Shown: positions 47,501 through 56,257 of the stretch, piece after piece
How positions within the stretch are numbered: position 1 is the stretch's first letter
Layout: the number at the start of each line of letters is the position of its first letter
Origin: Acidimicrobiia bacterium
GTDB lineage: Bacteria; Actinomycetota; Acidimicrobiia; Spongiisociales; ZC4RG35
Length of the DNA stretch: 64,000 nucleotides
Reading direction: 5' to 3'
NCBI GenBank assembly: GCA_050741975.1
Contig: JBOGET010000088.1
Location: 1,465-65,464 of the forward strand
Notes under the pieces: generated by a model
Seen by the model: the letters and a program-made list of their open reading frames with translations, nothing else
Database searches by the model: none
What the model was told of the DNA's origin: nothing
Program-made: the position numbers and the translations under genes

Positions 47501-47578
47501 GTCCCCGGAGATTGGTGCCACAGCTGTGACTTCCTGCGGTTCTGCGAACCGGGGAAACAGGAGGTCGGGCACTCGTGA
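44522..47578 (+). CDS. adnB: UvrD-like helicase / PD-(D/E)XK nuclease subunit, AdnB-like
   Basis: AGAGTGKTTT, VLDEYQDTNPAQ and TVHRSKGLEWD. C-terminal GRIDAVY...IVDFKSGR and CHSCDFLRFC. ATGA overlap with adnA. Confidence 0.8.
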   Translation: MNGFEPSPEQQVILDLGLDTVRIRAGAGTGKTTTIALVIANLVENHGVDPERILGITFTNKAASELAERVKSFLGPTVDEGRQAEVHTYHGFAAQILAEFGALVGVDSRVRVITPTFSRQLLTETYHHTSYNHLDITNVRGLDRIRILGDRMGDHLLTAADVLPHADPSQEVWATRIEMLETLRRYEADKRRLGVVDYSDLVTLSTHLLTRHSELAREIRDRYQAVVLDEYQDTNPAQRVLLSTIFGEGFPVIAVGDEDQTIYEWRGASAENFELFPTHFTRPGGGVAHQRALTLNRRSAPPILEVANEIRRRANPESEALVSHDPARPGQVVTHWATDAVAEADWISRRFEALHQAGTPWSQMAVLFRKNKDFAVVVDSMARHDIPVEVANLGGLLSVPEVADLRAWLTVVDRPEHSAALVQILFGSRYRLGYADIAPLTRWLTGATAEDLDADDVPGLTLLEAIEKVDVIEDLRPEARAGLEHFLDIYREVLTESQGASLVEVCRLILDRTRAWQDVEALPANQRTTARLNLYRLLDLAEEWSPLRGRPSLGAFIDYLDAMEGEPAEELDSAHLSGEEAVTLVTVHRSKGLEWDVVAIPAVTEGSFPGRAQQFPDPTRFAEYLPPDHRIDDALADMPADDKQRMDYFRSQNTLQEWRVAYVAATRARSRLIVTGAYWYGLPEPSVNAKKPSELFELVEQHPVTRDEGRAEEPPRPIMLRPGPGGAAPDPLFETGWDGVLREAVRDEHSLLERARALGVAEECEERVETIRQTLFELDSVGGIEEESEKGRTVSVTGLVTYAQCPKRFYWSEIDPLPRRRSVAAIAGTELHRRIELHQLGQAPFEVLEPGLYDAVDEAVGEGGFKAFLESRYGTERAALVEAPFVIEMESGYQVRGRIDAVYAQGGRWEIVDFKSGRRKDDPSRMVQLQAYALAAAQVDFGLDKPEQIDVSFAYLGGRLDVHTERADEQWREEARRNLEQLTGAIGDDRYEAVPGDWCHSCDFLRFCEPGKQEVGHS

Positions 47579-48174
47579 TCGGTCTGGCGCCAGTCACCGG
47601 CTATCTCATCGGCGCCGTTCCCTCCGCGGCCTGGTTGGGACGGCTCTGGGGGGTCGACCTGAGAAGGGACGGATCGGGGAATCCCGGGGCCAACAACGCC
47701 CGACGTCTCGGGGGCCCCACGCTGGCCGTGCTCGTCTTGCTGGTCGAGATCACCAAGGGCCTGGCCGCGGTGGTCGTCGGGCTCGTCATCGCCGAGGAAA
47801 CCGGGGCGGTGTTGTCAGGTCTCGGAGCCGTGACCGGCAACGTCTACAACATCTGGTATCGCTTTCGTGGCGGCAAGGGGTTGGGCATAACCGGTGGCGT
47901 GCTCCTCGGGCTCTGGCCGGCGGCTTTCCCCCTGGTCGTGGTCAGCATCGCCCTGAGCTCCGCACTGACCCGGTCAACAGGGATCGGGGCGCTGGTCACA
48001 CTGGTGTCTCTCGTCGTCGGCGCCCTGGTCTGGAACCGCTCCGGGCTGGAGAACCCGTGGGGCGTGAGCGATCCCACCGTGCTCCTCCTCATCGCCGCCG
48101 GCCTATGCCTGGTCATCGCCCCCAAACACTGGCGAGACGCCCGGCGCCGGCTCAGCGCACCTGCCCGTCCCTGA
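47575..48174 (+). CDS. plsY: Glycerol-3-phosphate acyltransferase PlsY
   Basis: GYLIGAVPSAAWLGRLWGVDLRRDGSGNPGANNA and GGKGLG. GTGA overlap with the adnB stop. Confidence 0.85.
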   Translation: MIGLAPVTGYLIGAVPSAAWLGRLWGVDLRRDGSGNPGANNARRLGGPTLAVLVLLVEITKGLAAVVVGLVIAEETGAVLSGLGAVTGNVYNIWYRFRGGKGLGITGGVLLGLWPAAFPLVVVSIALSSALTRSTGIGALVTLVSLVVGALVWNRSGLENPWGVSDPTVLLLIAAGLCLVIAPKHWRDARRRLSAPARP

Positions 48175-48607
48175 CCTCCAGCACGATGGTCACCGGGCCG
48201 GCGTTGACCAGCTCCAGCTCCATCGGGGCGCCGAAGACACCGGTCTCGGTATGAACTCCGGCCTGACGCAGTGCGTCCACGAAGCCGTCCACCATGGGCC
48301 GGGCCATCTCCGGCGGGGCGGCACCGATGAACGACGGTCGACGACCCTTTCGGACGTCGGCGAGAAGGGTGAATTGACTCACGACGAGGGCGGAGCCGCC
48401 GACCTCGAGAAGCGACCGGTTCAGATGCCCGTCGGTGTCGGCAAACACCCGCATGTTGGCCACCTTCTCGACGGCCCGGTCGATGTCTCGTCGTGTGTCG
48501 CCCGGCTCTATCCCGATCAGGATCACCAGCCCTTCCTCGATCGAGCCGACGACCGAGCCGTCGACCCTGACCGAAGATCCGGTGACACGCTGGAGGACAA
48601 TGCGCAC
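48152..48607 (-). CDS. dtd: D-aminoacyl-tRNA deacylase
   Basis: MRIVLQRV... and SQFTLLADVRKGRRPSF. Confidence 0.9.
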   Translation of the reverse strand: MRIVLQRVTGSSVRVDGSVVGSIEEGLVILIGIEPGDTRRDIDRAVEKVANMRVFADTDGHLNRSLLEVGGSALVVSQFTLLADVRKGRRPSFIGAAPPEMARPMVDGFVDALRQAGVHTETGVFGAPMELELVNAGPVTIVLEVRDGQVR

Positions 48608-48642
48608 GAAGGGCGATTGTGGCAGCCCAATAGAGTGGTGCC

Positions 48643-50916
48643 GTGGCCAGAAAACCGGCTGATCCCCCAGAGCTGCTCACCGGCCAACCGGGCTCGCCCG
48701 TCGTCTACCTGCTCGACGCGGCATCCGACTTCGAAGCGTCAATGCTCGAGAAATGGGTGACACGTGAGGTCCGGGGCGAGGTGAAGACGGTCAGGATCAT
48801 CTCGTCCCGCCGGGGCAAGGGCGGCGACAAGGAAGGTTTGGAGCAGGCGCTTGCTTCCGCCGACGACCCGTTCCTGATCCCGCTGCGCGTCGTCTGGCTG
48901 GCACCGGTCAAGAAGGGCCGCCGGATAGTCAGCTGGTGGGATGTGGTCCGGCCCGGCGACGCCCGCGACCCCCGTGGGCTGCGGGCGCGATGGATCCGAA
49001 CGGCGAGGCCGGGCCGGGTCCGTCTCATCGCCGCCGCCGGTGAGCATGCGTCAGCCCTGGCCGAGGACTACGCGGTTTCGGGACAGGTCGACCCCCTGAC
49101 CAACTATGTGACACGGCGAGCGTGGCTGGTGCTCGATCGGGCCGAGCGGAAGCTGGTCGGTAACCGCTACAAGGTCCCCCGTTTCGTGCCCGAGGCGATC
49201 CTTTCCCGGCGCGAGTTCCTCGAAGCGGTGGATGCGGTGGCGGCCGAGACCGGTGTTGCACCGACGGTGGCCCGGGAGAAGGCGGAGCAGTACCTGCGTG
49301 AGATCGCAGCAACCCACTCCCCGTATGTGATCGATCTGATCGCCAATGCGATCCACAAGCTGTACAGCCAGGGATACGGCGAGATCAAGTACTCGGAGGA
49401 CGACGTCAAGCGACTGGCCTCCCTGGAGGAGGGCGACCCGATCGTCTTCCTCCCCTCCCATCGGTCGAACCTCGACCGGCTCAGTCTCCAGTTCATGCTC
49501 TGGGAGAACGACTTTCCCCCCAACCACACCGCCGGCGGGATCAATCTCAACTTCTTCCCGGTCGGGCCCCTGGTCCGTCGCACCGGGGTGTTCTTCATCC
49601 GGCGCTCGTTCAAGGACAACCTGCTCTACAAGACCGTGCTGCGCTCGTATCTCGATTACCTCGTCGAGAAACGGTTCCCACTGGAGTGGTACCTGGAAGG
49701 GGGAAGGTCGCGTTCGGGCAAGCTGCTGGCCCCCCGTCTCGGTCTCCTCCACTACGTGGTCGACTCGATGCGAAGGGGCAAGGCCGAGGATCTCCAGCTC
49801 ATCCCGGTCTCGATCGCCTACGACCAGATCCAGGACGTCCCCGACTATGCGCTCGAGGCACAGGGCAGGGACAAGCAGAAGGAGTCGTTGGGTTGGATGC
49901 TGAGGGCCGTCCGCTCCCTACGGCGTCGCTATGGCGACATCCACATCAGGTTCGGCGAGGTGGTCTCGGCCCGAAGCATGCTCGGTTCGACGGACACCGG
50001 TGACGAGACTTCGGTCGTATTGCAGAAGCTGGCCTTCGAGGTCATGTACCGGATCGGGCAGGTCACCCCGATCACCCCCACCGCCCTGGTCAGCGTCGCA
50101 CTCCTCGCCGTCCACGGCACTGTGACGTCGGCCGAGCAATTGGGCGAGGAGGCGTCCCGCATGACCGAGTTCATCCGGGCCCGAGGCCTGCCCACGACCG
50201 AGAAGCCCGAGCTGCGCCACCCGACCCTGGTAGGCGCCATCCTCGACTGGCTGGCCGAGCATGACAACGTGAGCAGTCATCAGGCGCTGGGGCGAAAGGT
50301 GTTCTGGCTCGACGATGAGCAGATGATCCGCATCTCTTACTACCGCAACATGATCGTCCACTTCTTCGTCAACCGGGCGCTGGCCGAGATGGCGATCGGA
50401 TCGGTGGTCGAGACCGGTCAGGATCAGCCGGCGCAGGTCAGGGAGAACCTGCTCGCCTTTCGGGACCTGCTCAAATTCGAGTTCTTCTTCCCCGAGAAGG
50501 AGGAGTTCATCTCGAACGTCGAAGTCGACATCGCCATCGACGTCCCGGGTTGGGAACGTGTCCTCACCAGCACCGGGGCCGGTGAGGTCCAGGCCAAGCT
50601 GGGGCCCCCGGTCGCCCACTGGGCGGTGCTCCCCTTCCTCGATGCCTATCAGGTCGTGGGCGACGAGTTGGAGACGATGAAGGGCAGGTTCGAGGAGAAG
50701 GCCTTTCTCAAGGCTTGTCTGGCCCGGGCCCGCATGTACCGGATCGAGCAGCGGCTCGTCTCCGGCGAGAGCGCCAGCCAGGCACTCTTCAAGTCGGCTC
50801 TCGCCCTGGCCTCGAACCGGGACCTGATCGAAGTCTCAGAAGGGGTGGGGGAGCGTCGGGCGGTATTCGCCGCCGAGGTGCGCCATGCCCGGGCCCTGGC
50901 CGCTGCCGGGCTCTAA
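48643..50916 (+). CDS. plsB: PlsB-type glycerol-3-phosphate acyltransferase
   Basis: HX4D acyltransferase motif VFLPSHRSNLD, FFIRRSF and YLEGGRSRSGKLL. Confidence 0.8.
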   Translation: MARKPADPPELLTGQPGSPVVYLLDAASDFEASMLEKWVTREVRGEVKTVRIISSRRGKGGDKEGLEQALASADDPFLIPLRVVWLAPVKKGRRIVSWWDVVRPGDARDPRGLRARWIRTARPGRVRLIAAAGEHASALAEDYAVSGQVDPLTNYVTRRAWLVLDRAERKLVGNRYKVPRFVPEAILSRREFLEAVDAVAAETGVAPTVAREKAEQYLREIAATHSPYVIDLIANAIHKLYSQGYGEIKYSEDDVKRLASLEEGDPIVFLPSHRSNLDRLSLQFMLWENDFPPNHTAGGINLNFFPVGPLVRRTGVFFIRRSFKDNLLYKTVLRSYLDYLVEKRFPLEWYLEGGRSRSGKLLAPRLGLLHYVVDSMRRGKAEDLQLIPVSIAYDQIQDVPDYALEAQGRDKQKESLGWMLRAVRSLRRRYGDIHIRFGEVVSARSMLGSTDTGDETSVVLQKLAFEVMYRIGQVTPITPTALVSVALLAVHGTVTSAEQLGEEASRMTEFIRARGLPTTEKPELRHPTLVGAILDWLAEHDNVSSHQALGRKVFWLDDEQMIRISYYRNMIVHFFVNRALAEMAIGSVVETGQDQPAQVRENLLAFRDLLKFEFFFPEKEEFISNVEVDIAIDVPGWERVLTSTGAGEVQAKLGPPVAHWAVLPFLDAYQVVGDELETMKGRFEEKAFLKACLARARMYRIEQRLVSGESASQALFKSALALASNRDLIEVSEGVGERRAVFAAEVRHARALAAAGL

Positions 50917-50922
50917 CGTCGA

Positions 50923-51492
50923 CTAGCCCTTTCGACCCCATTTCTTGCGGGCTTCCTCCACCAGCTCCTGAGAGGTCTTTGGTCGGGCCGGTGCGGGCTC
51001 CTCCTGCGGCGGGGTGGCCTGTGGATCGGCGGGCCCGGGTTTCTCCTCGGGGGGTGGGATCACCTCCTCGAGACTCCGGGCAGGTGGAGGAGACGGCCGC
51101 GGTGCGCCCGGTTCGACCGGCCGGGGGGTAGTCCCGGGAGGAGTCGACGTCGTCGATGCCTCGGGGATACGAGGCGGGGTGAGGATGGGCCTCGGTTGTC
51201 CGGGCCGGCTGGTGGCGACTCTGCGCGGCGTCGTCGTCGGGGTGGGAGAGGTCGGAATCGGGGCCGATCGCTCGTCGATGGTCCGGGCCCGGCGGCGAAG
51301 GGCGCGGCCGGCGACCAACAGAAGGAGGGCCGGGATGATGGTCCCGGAGATCCAGGCCAGTATGCCGCCGCTCAGGCCGAACTCGGCCAGCAATCCGATG
51401 CTGCCCAGCACCACGACGCCGATCCAGACAACACCCAAGAAAGTGAGCAAGCGGCCCAGGCAGCCTACGGGGTTGATGCTCTGCTCGGCCAT
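50923..51492 (-). CDS. Membrane-anchored proline-rich protein, unknown function
   Basis: Three N-terminal hydrophobic helices, then a ~110-aa Pro/Thr-rich low-complexity tail. Sits 17 nt downstream of the ABC permease. Confidence 0.5.
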   Translation of the reverse strand: MAEQSINPVGCLGRLLTFLGVVWIGVVVLGSIGLLAEFGLSGGILAWISGTIIPALLLLVAGRALRRRARTIDERSAPIPTSPTPTTTPRRVATSRPGQPRPILTPPRIPEASTTSTPPGTTPRPVEPGAPRPSPPPARSLEEVIPPPEEKPGPADPQATPPQEEPAPARPKTSQELVEEARKKWGRKG

Positions 51493-51509
51493 CGACGGTC
51501 ATTCAAACA

Positions 51510-52673
51510 TCAAGGTCTGGTGAGGACGACCCTGAGTCGCCACGCCGCCAGCAGGAGAAGCAGGGCGGCATAGGCCGTGAGCACGCCGAGCTCTGGGAGG
51601 ATGTCGATTACCGTCCCGTCGCGCCGCACCAGCTCGGCGAATCCGTCGAGTGCCCAGGCGTGCGGCGTGAGGTGCGCCACCCGGTTCATCGTCGGCGAGA
51701 ACAGCTCGATCGGCAGCATGCAACCCCCGACTGCGGCCAGCCCGAGACTGACCACGATCCCCACGCCTCCGGCCTGCTGCTCGTTGCGGAACGTGGCCCC
51801 CATCAGCATCCCGGCTCCGGCGCCGACCGCGGAGAAGGTGACCAGGATGAACAGGGCCCCCCACGGGTCTCCCCAATCCACCTGGAACATGATGAGGGTG
51901 ACCATCACGATGTACAAACCCTGCACCATGGCCACCGACCATCGCCCTGCTCCCTCGCCGATCACAATGGTCCCCGTCGAGGTCGGGGTGGAGAGCATCC
52001 GACGGGACAGACCCAGCTGACGGCTGAGGATCAGTGCAGCGGAGCCAGCGAGGGCGGTGAGGAAAGTGAACAGGACGAGCTGCTGTGCCGCGCCGAGGTC
52101 GAATCGACCCAGGGTGGGAGGGAAGAGCGCCTCCCCCACCGCCGTGGTCTCCACGTCGAGACCGGGGGCCGAGTCGGCTTGGGCCATGGCCACGTCCAAG
52201 GATTGGTCGAAGGTGGCGCCGGTCTTCTCCGCACCAAACTGTGCCGCCCCGACCACGGTGGTGACCCGGGCCACGTCGGCGGCCACCACCGATTGGAGCT
52301 GCGGGCCGGCGCTGTCGGGCCTGGCGACGAACCCGATCTCGATTTGGTCGCCGTTCGCCGCCTGGTCGCTCATCCCCGAGGGGAGGAACAACCCGGCCTG
52401 GACCGAGCCCCGCTCCACGGCAGTGGTCAGATCGTCCCGGGTCTCGAACAGCGTCACCGCAAGTGAGTCGTCGGACCTGATCTCCTCGATGACTGCTGTG
52501 GCCAGCGGGTCGTCATCCTCGTGATGGATCCCGACAGCCGGGTCGAAGTCGCCCCCGAACTGAGCCCCGATGAGCAGGATCAGGGCTATCGGGAATATGA
52601 AGACGAAGAAGATGTTCGAGCGCTCCCGGAGCATCCGGCGCACGTTGGACCAAGCGATGGCGAGGGCCTTCAT
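51510..52673 (-). CDS. ABC-2 type transporter permease
   Basis: ATG 52673 (MKALAIAWSNVRRMLRERSNIFFVFIFP). One TM, a large extracytoplasmic loop, then 5 TM. ATGA overlap with the upstream permease. The track ORF is over-extended to 53030. Confidence 0.8.
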   Translation of the reverse strand: MKALAIAWSNVRRMLRERSNIFFVFIFPIALILLIGAQFGGDFDPAVGIHHEDDDPLATAVIEEIRSDDSLAVTLFETRDDLTTAVERGSVQAGLFLPSGMSDQAANGDQIEIGFVARPDSAGPQLQSVVAADVARVTTVVGAAQFGAEKTGATFDQSLDVAMAQADSAPGLDVETTAVGEALFPPTLGRFDLGAAQQLVLFTFLTALAGSAALILSRQLGLSRRMLSTPTSTGTIVIGEGAGRWSVAMVQGLYIVMVTLIMFQVDWGDPWGALFILVTFSAVGAGAGMLMGATFRNEQQAGGVGIVVSLGLAAVGGCMLPIELFSPTMNRVAHLTPHAWALDGFAELVRRDGTVIDILPELGVLTAYAALLLLLAAWRLRVVLTRP

Positions 52674-53851
52674 CGGGCCAGTCGCCGTTGCATCAGCACC
52701 CAGGCCACGGTGCCGAAGACGATCGAGAAGAGGAGCAGCGCACCCACCGCGGGGAGCGCCGCTGTCCAATCCGCCCCACCCGAGATGTCGGACAGGCCAC
52801 GCATGAACCAGGCATGAGGAGTCAGATAGCTGACTCTGCTCAGGAACTCGTTGCCCTGTCCGACCGGGAAGAACGTCCCGCCGAGCATCCCCAGGACCAC
52901 GGCAATGATGGCTCCCAGGTTGCCCGCCCCCTCGGGGCTTTTGGCGATTGCGGAGACGAGCCCCATGATGGCGGTGGCGGAGAAGACTCCGGTGACCACC
53001 AGCAAGGCCACGCCCAGGATCGGGCCCCAATGCGCCTCCATGAGGAATCGGGTGGCGACGATCAGCACCGTCATCGAGATGAGGCCGAGGGCGAATGAGA
53101 GGATGGCCTTGCCCGCTACCACGCTGGCATGGCCGATGGGTGCGGCCATGAGACGGGCGAGGGTCCCCTCCCGCTCCTCTTCGAGCAGGCCGAGGACGCC
53201 GAACTGAACCGTGAAGAAGAGGAAGAACACCGCCATCCCGGCGGCGAAGAAGGTCGAGGCGTCGAGCTGGCGGGTTTGCGCGGAGCTGTCGACGAAGCTG
53301 AAGGCCGGCGGTCGCTGGGCAGCCTCCTGACCCCAGGCGACGGCCTCGTCCGGGGGCGGGCCATCACCCAGGGCGATGGCCGTGGCCACCGAGAGCTGGG
53401 CCTGCCCGATCCCGGACCCGAACTCCGAGCCGATGGAGCCGGCCACCTGGGTCGTGGTCGGGCTGTCGACGTCGCCCACCACCTGGATGGTGAAGGGGCT
53501 CCCGGTGAGGGCGGCCTCGCCCAGTCCCGGGCCGAGCACGATGAAGGCGCCTATCTCTCCCCCGTCCATCGCAGCCTCGCCCGAGCCGACGTCCTCGTAG
53601 TCGGTGACGACGAGGATCCCTTCGGACTCGATCTCCCCGAGCACCTGGCCCAGTGATTGCGAGATCTGTGTGTCGTCGAGATCGACGAGCCCGATCTGGA
53701 GGTCCAGTGTCTCGGACACGAAGGCGTTGCCGAATATGAGGTGGAAGATATAGGCCAGCGCCAGAGGGGCAACGATCCCGATGACGAACGCCGAGCGGTC
53801 CCGAAGACGCAGTTTGAGGTCTTTTCCCGCGATCCGGGTCGCAGCGCTCAT
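52670..53851 (-). CDS. ABC-2 type transporter permease (paralog)
   Basis: Same architecture: MSAATRIAGKDLKLRLRDRSAFVIGIVAP..., a large loop, then 5 TM. Confidence 0.8.
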   Translation of the reverse strand: MSAATRIAGKDLKLRLRDRSAFVIGIVAPLALAYIFHLIFGNAFVSETLDLQIGLVDLDDTQISQSLGQVLGEIESEGILVVTDYEDVGSGEAAMDGGEIGAFIVLGPGLGEAALTGSPFTIQVVGDVDSPTTTQVAGSIGSEFGSGIGQAQLSVATAIALGDGPPPDEAVAWGQEAAQRPPAFSFVDSSAQTRQLDASTFFAAGMAVFFLFFTVQFGVLGLLEEEREGTLARLMAAPIGHASVVAGKAILSFALGLISMTVLIVATRFLMEAHWGPILGVALLVVTGVFSATAIMGLVSAIAKSPEGAGNLGAIIAVVLGMLGGTFFPVGQGNEFLSRVSYLTPHAWFMRGLSDISGGADWTAALPAVGALLLFSIVFGTVAWVLMQRRLAR

Positions 53852-53864
53852 CGTCGGCCCACCA

Positions 53865-54803
53865 CTAGTCGCGCAAAGCCTTGCCGGTGAGGTGCAGGAA
53901 CACCGCCTCGAGATTCGGCTCGAAGATCTCCACTCCGGTGATGGTGGCCCCGCTCGAGGCGAAGCAGGCCATCAGATCCGGGAGGAGCGAAGAAGCATTC
54001 GCAGCCAGCACCTCGACACCATGATCCGATGTGCTGGCACCGAACACGCCAGCGAGACCGGAGGCGATCCTGGCGACTTCGGCAAGGTCACCCGTGCCGG
54101 TCACACTGATCCGGTCCTTCTCGCCGACCAGCGATACCAGCTCGCGCCGGGTGCCCTCGGCCTGGACCACCCCTTCGTCGATGATGGCCACCCGATCACA
54201 CAGGCGCTCCGCCTCCTCCATGTAGTGGGTGGTGTAGAGCACGGCGATGCCCTCGCCGGAGAGATCCTCGACCGACTCGAGTATCGCGTTCCGTGATTGG
54301 GGGTCGACGCCGACGGTCGGCTCGTCGAGAATCAGCAGACGCGGGCGATGGAGGAGACCGATGCCGATGTTGAGCCTCCGCTTCATCCCTCCGGAGAACT
54401 CTTTGGTCAGGTCGTCCCGGCGATCGGTGAGACCGATGACCTCCAGGACCTCCTCGACCCTGCGGAACAGCCCGTCCCCGGACATGTCGTAGAGCCTGCC
54501 GAAGAAGCGCAGGTTCTCGGCTGCGGTGAGGTCGGGATAGATGGCCAGCTCCTGGGGGACGAGCCCGATATCGGCTCTTCCCGCGGTGGAATTGCTGCGG
54601 ATCGAGGTCCCGGCCACCTGGACCGAGCCGCTGTTCGGCTCGAGCAGCCCGGCGACCATCGAGATCGTAGTGGTCTTGCCCGCCCCGTTGGGGCCGAGCA
54701 GCCCGAAGGTCTCACCCTCCGCGATCTCGAAGCTGACCCCGTTGACCGCGACCAGGTCGCCGAAGCTCTTGCTCAGGCCGTTGGCCACCAACACGGTCGG
54801 CAT
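53865..54803 (-). CDS. ABC transporter ATP-binding protein
   Basis: Walker A GPNGAGKTT, signature FSGGMKRRL and Walker B LLILDEPT. Confidence 0.9.
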   Translation of the reverse strand: MPTVLVANGLSKSFGDLVAVNGVSFEIAEGETFGLLGPNGAGKTTTISMVAGLLEPNSGSVQVAGTSIRSNSTAGRADIGLVPQELAIYPDLTAAENLRFFGRLYDMSGDGLFRRVEEVLEVIGLTDRRDDLTKEFSGGMKRRLNIGIGLLHRPRLLILDEPTVGVDPQSRNAILESVEDLSGEGIAVLYTTHYMEEAERLCDRVAIIDEGVVQAEGTRRELVSLVGEKDRISVTGTGDLAEVARIASGLAGVFGASTSDHGVEVLAANASSLLPDLMACFASSGATITGVEIFEPNLEAVFLHLTGKALRD

Positions 54804-54812
54804 GACGCTCCT

Positions 54813-56219
54813 CTACGTAGATGCGAGCGGCACCCTACCGATGCTCAGTCCGACCACGGCCGCCTGTGCCCCGGTCGGCTCGGCGCAGCAGAACCAGCTC
54901 TCGGTGAGGCGGGGAGTCGGCGGGGAGTCGGGCATGACCTGAAGCCCCACCCCGGTCATGGCCCCGATCCGGTCCCGCATGAGGGCCAAGGTGTCCCAGG
55001 CCTCCGCCCCGCAGTCCGAGCCTTCGGCGGCGATCGAGTCGAGCTCGTCGTGCAATCGCCCTGTCAGGGCGTCTTCGAACTGCCAGGACCAGGTGAGTGA
55101 TTCCGGCTCGTATCTCGTGAGATGGGGCATCACCGCCGGATGGGTCTCGAGGAGCGATCCTGGTGGGATCAGGAGCTTGATGGCGAGCTGCACCGGGTCT
55201 GTCGCCGACCACAACAGATGGTGGTCGAGAAACGCAACCAGGTCCACCAGGTGCGCGGGCGTGGTCCAGGGGAAAAAGGGAAGCCAGGTCGGTCTGACGT
55301 GGATGCCTGCCGACCGGAGCACCGACACCGCCTCGGACATTCCGGTGGCGGTGTGATTCTTGTCGAGTACCCCCAGCGTGCGGTCGTCGGTGCTCTCGAA
55401 GGCGCTGACGACGAAGAGGACGCCGAGGGCAGCCATCTCCGGCAACAGCGAGGCGTGCGCCAGGACATGCTCCACCTTCGCCGTCACGTCGAACGTCAGC
55501 GAGGGATGGGCGGCATGAGCCTCCCTCAACAAGTCGAGGGAATAGCGGGGGGCGTTGAGGAAGTCCGGGTCGCCGAAGGTGATGTGTTGAATGCCGTCGG
55601 CGGCGAGCTGGTCGATGTCGGCCAGGACCGGACCGGCTCCGACCACCCGCATCCTGCCGTCGTAGAGCACGGGGATGGGGCAGTGACGGCAACGGTGCCG
55701 GCACCCGTGTGACGCCTCTACCGCCGCGGCGAGACGAGCCTCCCCCAGCCACTCGAGCCGGGCGTAGCTGTCGTGTGAGGGCAGACCGGACCGGTCGGGC
55801 CGGAGGAAGCGGGATGGGCCCGTGTGGCGTCTGACCCCGGCGGGGGCGGCTCCGTTCCCGATCTCCCGGGCCCAGGCGACGAGACCCGGCTCGTATTCGC
55901 CGACGATTAGGGCGTCCACAATCTCGCCGAGGGTGCGCTCCTCTCCCACGGAGGCATACAGACCATAGAAGGCGATGGGGAGGTGCGGCCGCTCCCGACG
56001 CACGTTACGGGCCACCGAGACGGCCAGACGCATCGCGGTGTGCATCGGGACCGAGAAGGCGACGGCGTCGACCCCATCGAGTGAGGAGACATCCCAGTCC
56101 TCAACCGCCAGATCGACGGTGCTCACCTCGATGCCGTCCAGCCGGAGGGCCGCGGCCGGGGAGGCGAGATGGACCGGCTGGCGTCCTAGTTCGTAGGTGG
56201 AGACGAGAAGCAGTCGCAC
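54813..56219 (-). CDS. B12-binding-domain radical SAM protein with C-terminal CCAEP tail
   Basis: The N-terminal RLLLVSTYELGRQP... is B12-binding-like. Radical SAM cluster motif HGCRHRCRHCP (CxxxCxxC). C-terminal ...SWFCCAEPTGAQ... is encoded at 54875-54889. Start is GTG 56219 or ATG 56267. Confidence 0.8.
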   Translation of the reverse strand: MRLLLVSTYELGRQPVHLASPAAALRLDGIEVSTVDLAVEDWDVSSLDGVDAVAFSVPMHTAMRLAVSVARNVRRERPHLPIAFYGLYASVGEERTLGEIVDALIVGEYEPGLVAWAREIGNGAAPAGVRRHTGPSRFLRPDRSGLPSHDSYARLEWLGEARLAAAVEASHGCRHRCRHCPIPVLYDGRMRVVGAGPVLADIDQLAADGIQHITFGDPDFLNAPRYSLDLLREAHAAHPSLTFDVTAKVEHVLAHASLLPEMAALGVLFVVSAFESTDDRTLGVLDKNHTATGMSEAVSVLRSAGIHVRPTWLPFFPWTTPAHLVDLVAFLDHHLLWSATDPVQLAIKLLIPPGSLLETHPAVMPHLTRYEPESLTWSWQFEDALTGRLHDELDSIAAEGSDCGAEAWDTLALMRDRIGAMTGVGLQVMPDSPPTPRLTESWFCCAEPTGAQAAVVGLSIGRVPLAST

Positions 56220-56257
56220 TCGTTCAGTGTAAGACAGGCCTCGGGTAGCCTCCGGCC

